DNA of 63,586 nucleotides, filler included, from Atractiella rhizophila (Eukaryota): NCBI GenBank assembly GCA_021432655.1. It is 9 parts of 7 records of this genome, joined end to end, with 100 filler letters (N's around TTAATTAATTAA, not from the genome) between each part and the next. Parts side by side here need not be neighbours in the genome. Positions count along the whole stretch, not along the records: positions 62,261 to 63,586 come from MU271245.1; 8 more parts are not named here. One strand, 5' to 3'. Shown piece by piece: positions 62,633 to 63,586 of this stretch (position 1 is its first letter; each line of letters starts with the position of its first letter). The notes under the pieces were generated by a model. It saw only the letters and a program-made list of their open reading frames with translations, ran no database searches and was not told where the DNA came from. The position numbers and the translations under genes were made by a program.

Positions 62633-63586
62633 TCAAGCATCCTTATGATCATCAGGTGCCTTTTCGCTGGGAGGTTTCGACTTCTTATTACTATCCGGAA
62701 TGTTAGGATCTGCATCTCTGGCCTTCTGGAAGTTCTTGAGAATGGTTGGCAAGATGGCAGTCTATTCACACGTAAACCATCAGAAATATTCAAGCTGAGA
62801 GAAGCCTTTGGGATGACGCACCCGGACAACTTTTCCAATGTCATCTTTGAAGGGTATGTCTTGGATGGGCAAGTCCGGCATGAGGAAAGGCCAAGTGGTT
62901 CCCCATTCAACTAGGGCTAGATTAGCAGATATTTCCAAAGGAGAGGAGACGAATGCTCACAGATAAGCAGGAGGACTCCAAAATATTGCCGACTGCTCAG
63001 AACACAATCAGTCTGGTCTAGTCGTGTCAGGTCGAAATGAATAAAACCGACCCTTGCCTCCAATAATCGCCCCATTGCTTCTCGGTCTTCTTTTGACCAA
63101 AGAAATCATCAATCTCCACATCGTCCACCCAATCCAACCTCTCAAAGTTCCCCCAATTCCTTCCCCACCTCGTTCTCCCCATATTCTTCACACGAATGGG
63201 CATAGCAGTATCTGGGACCCAACCCTCTTGGGTTGCGTAACCGAAGATGGTGTGCAGAGCCAACGCGGCGTAACTCGCCTTGGACTCGTCCAATCCGAGC
63301 ACTTGAAGACCTTTGATCGTGTCGGACTTGTGCACGATTCCATCGCCGTCTGCGTCGAAGAAAGTAGGGATGGCGGCGAGTTTACCTGTTAGAACAGACA
63401 AATCAGCATTTAGAGCGCAATCAGAAAGGAGTCAGGATCGACGACGCACCGGTTAGTTTCAGGGCTTGCGATGTCAAATCTGTCACTGTCTTGATGGCAC
63501 CAATGGGGAGTCCATTAATCTACAATCCGTCGAGTCCTCAGCATCTACACAGAAGCTTGCAAAATGGAAACACCAAAAAAAGAAAC
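62633..63586 (-). CDS. Caleosin-family protein, 5' end outside the window, multi-exon
   Basis: EF-hand FFDADGDGIV...DT..GL..LG, proline-knot-like GYAT..GWVPD..MPI.VKN, and a downstream exon FEWGTTW. Confidence 0.75.

Overview
Eukaryotic DNA from a fungus, most likely a basidiomycete (inference from the ~50-60 nt GT-AG introns with CTRAY branch sites and the gene families present). The window is not one continuous locus: nine contigs are joined by eight artificial 100-bp linkers (44 N + TTAATTAATTAA + 44 N), and there is one plain 61-N gap. Recognisable intron-containing genes include an M24 peptidase, RSM19, a Tps3/Tsl1-like GT20 protein, ETP1/BRAP2, a C2H2 factor, a PAM2-CCCH-Smr protein, a Zds1-like protein, an SR-rich protein, a fungal-specific TF, MAK5, two F-box proteins, EMG1/NEP1, a DUF6534-like membrane protein, DUF1640, CAF-1 p90, PRP4 kinase, ABCC fragments, PLAC8, a Cdc23-like TPR protein, a GT90 fragment and a caleosin. 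The most notable find is a tandem pair of tiny secreted prepropeptide genes (33170-34137), one of them invisible in the ORF track because of micro-exons. They encode Kex2-released 23-24 aa peptides with a shared 8-Cys framework, C-X4-C-X-C-X3/4-CC-W-C-X2-CC. Second is a 1.63-kb tandem duplication that builds an in-frame chimeric Zds1(N-term)/SR-protein(C-term) gene. Exon boundaries were read by eye, family calls come from recalled motifs, and no database search was run.
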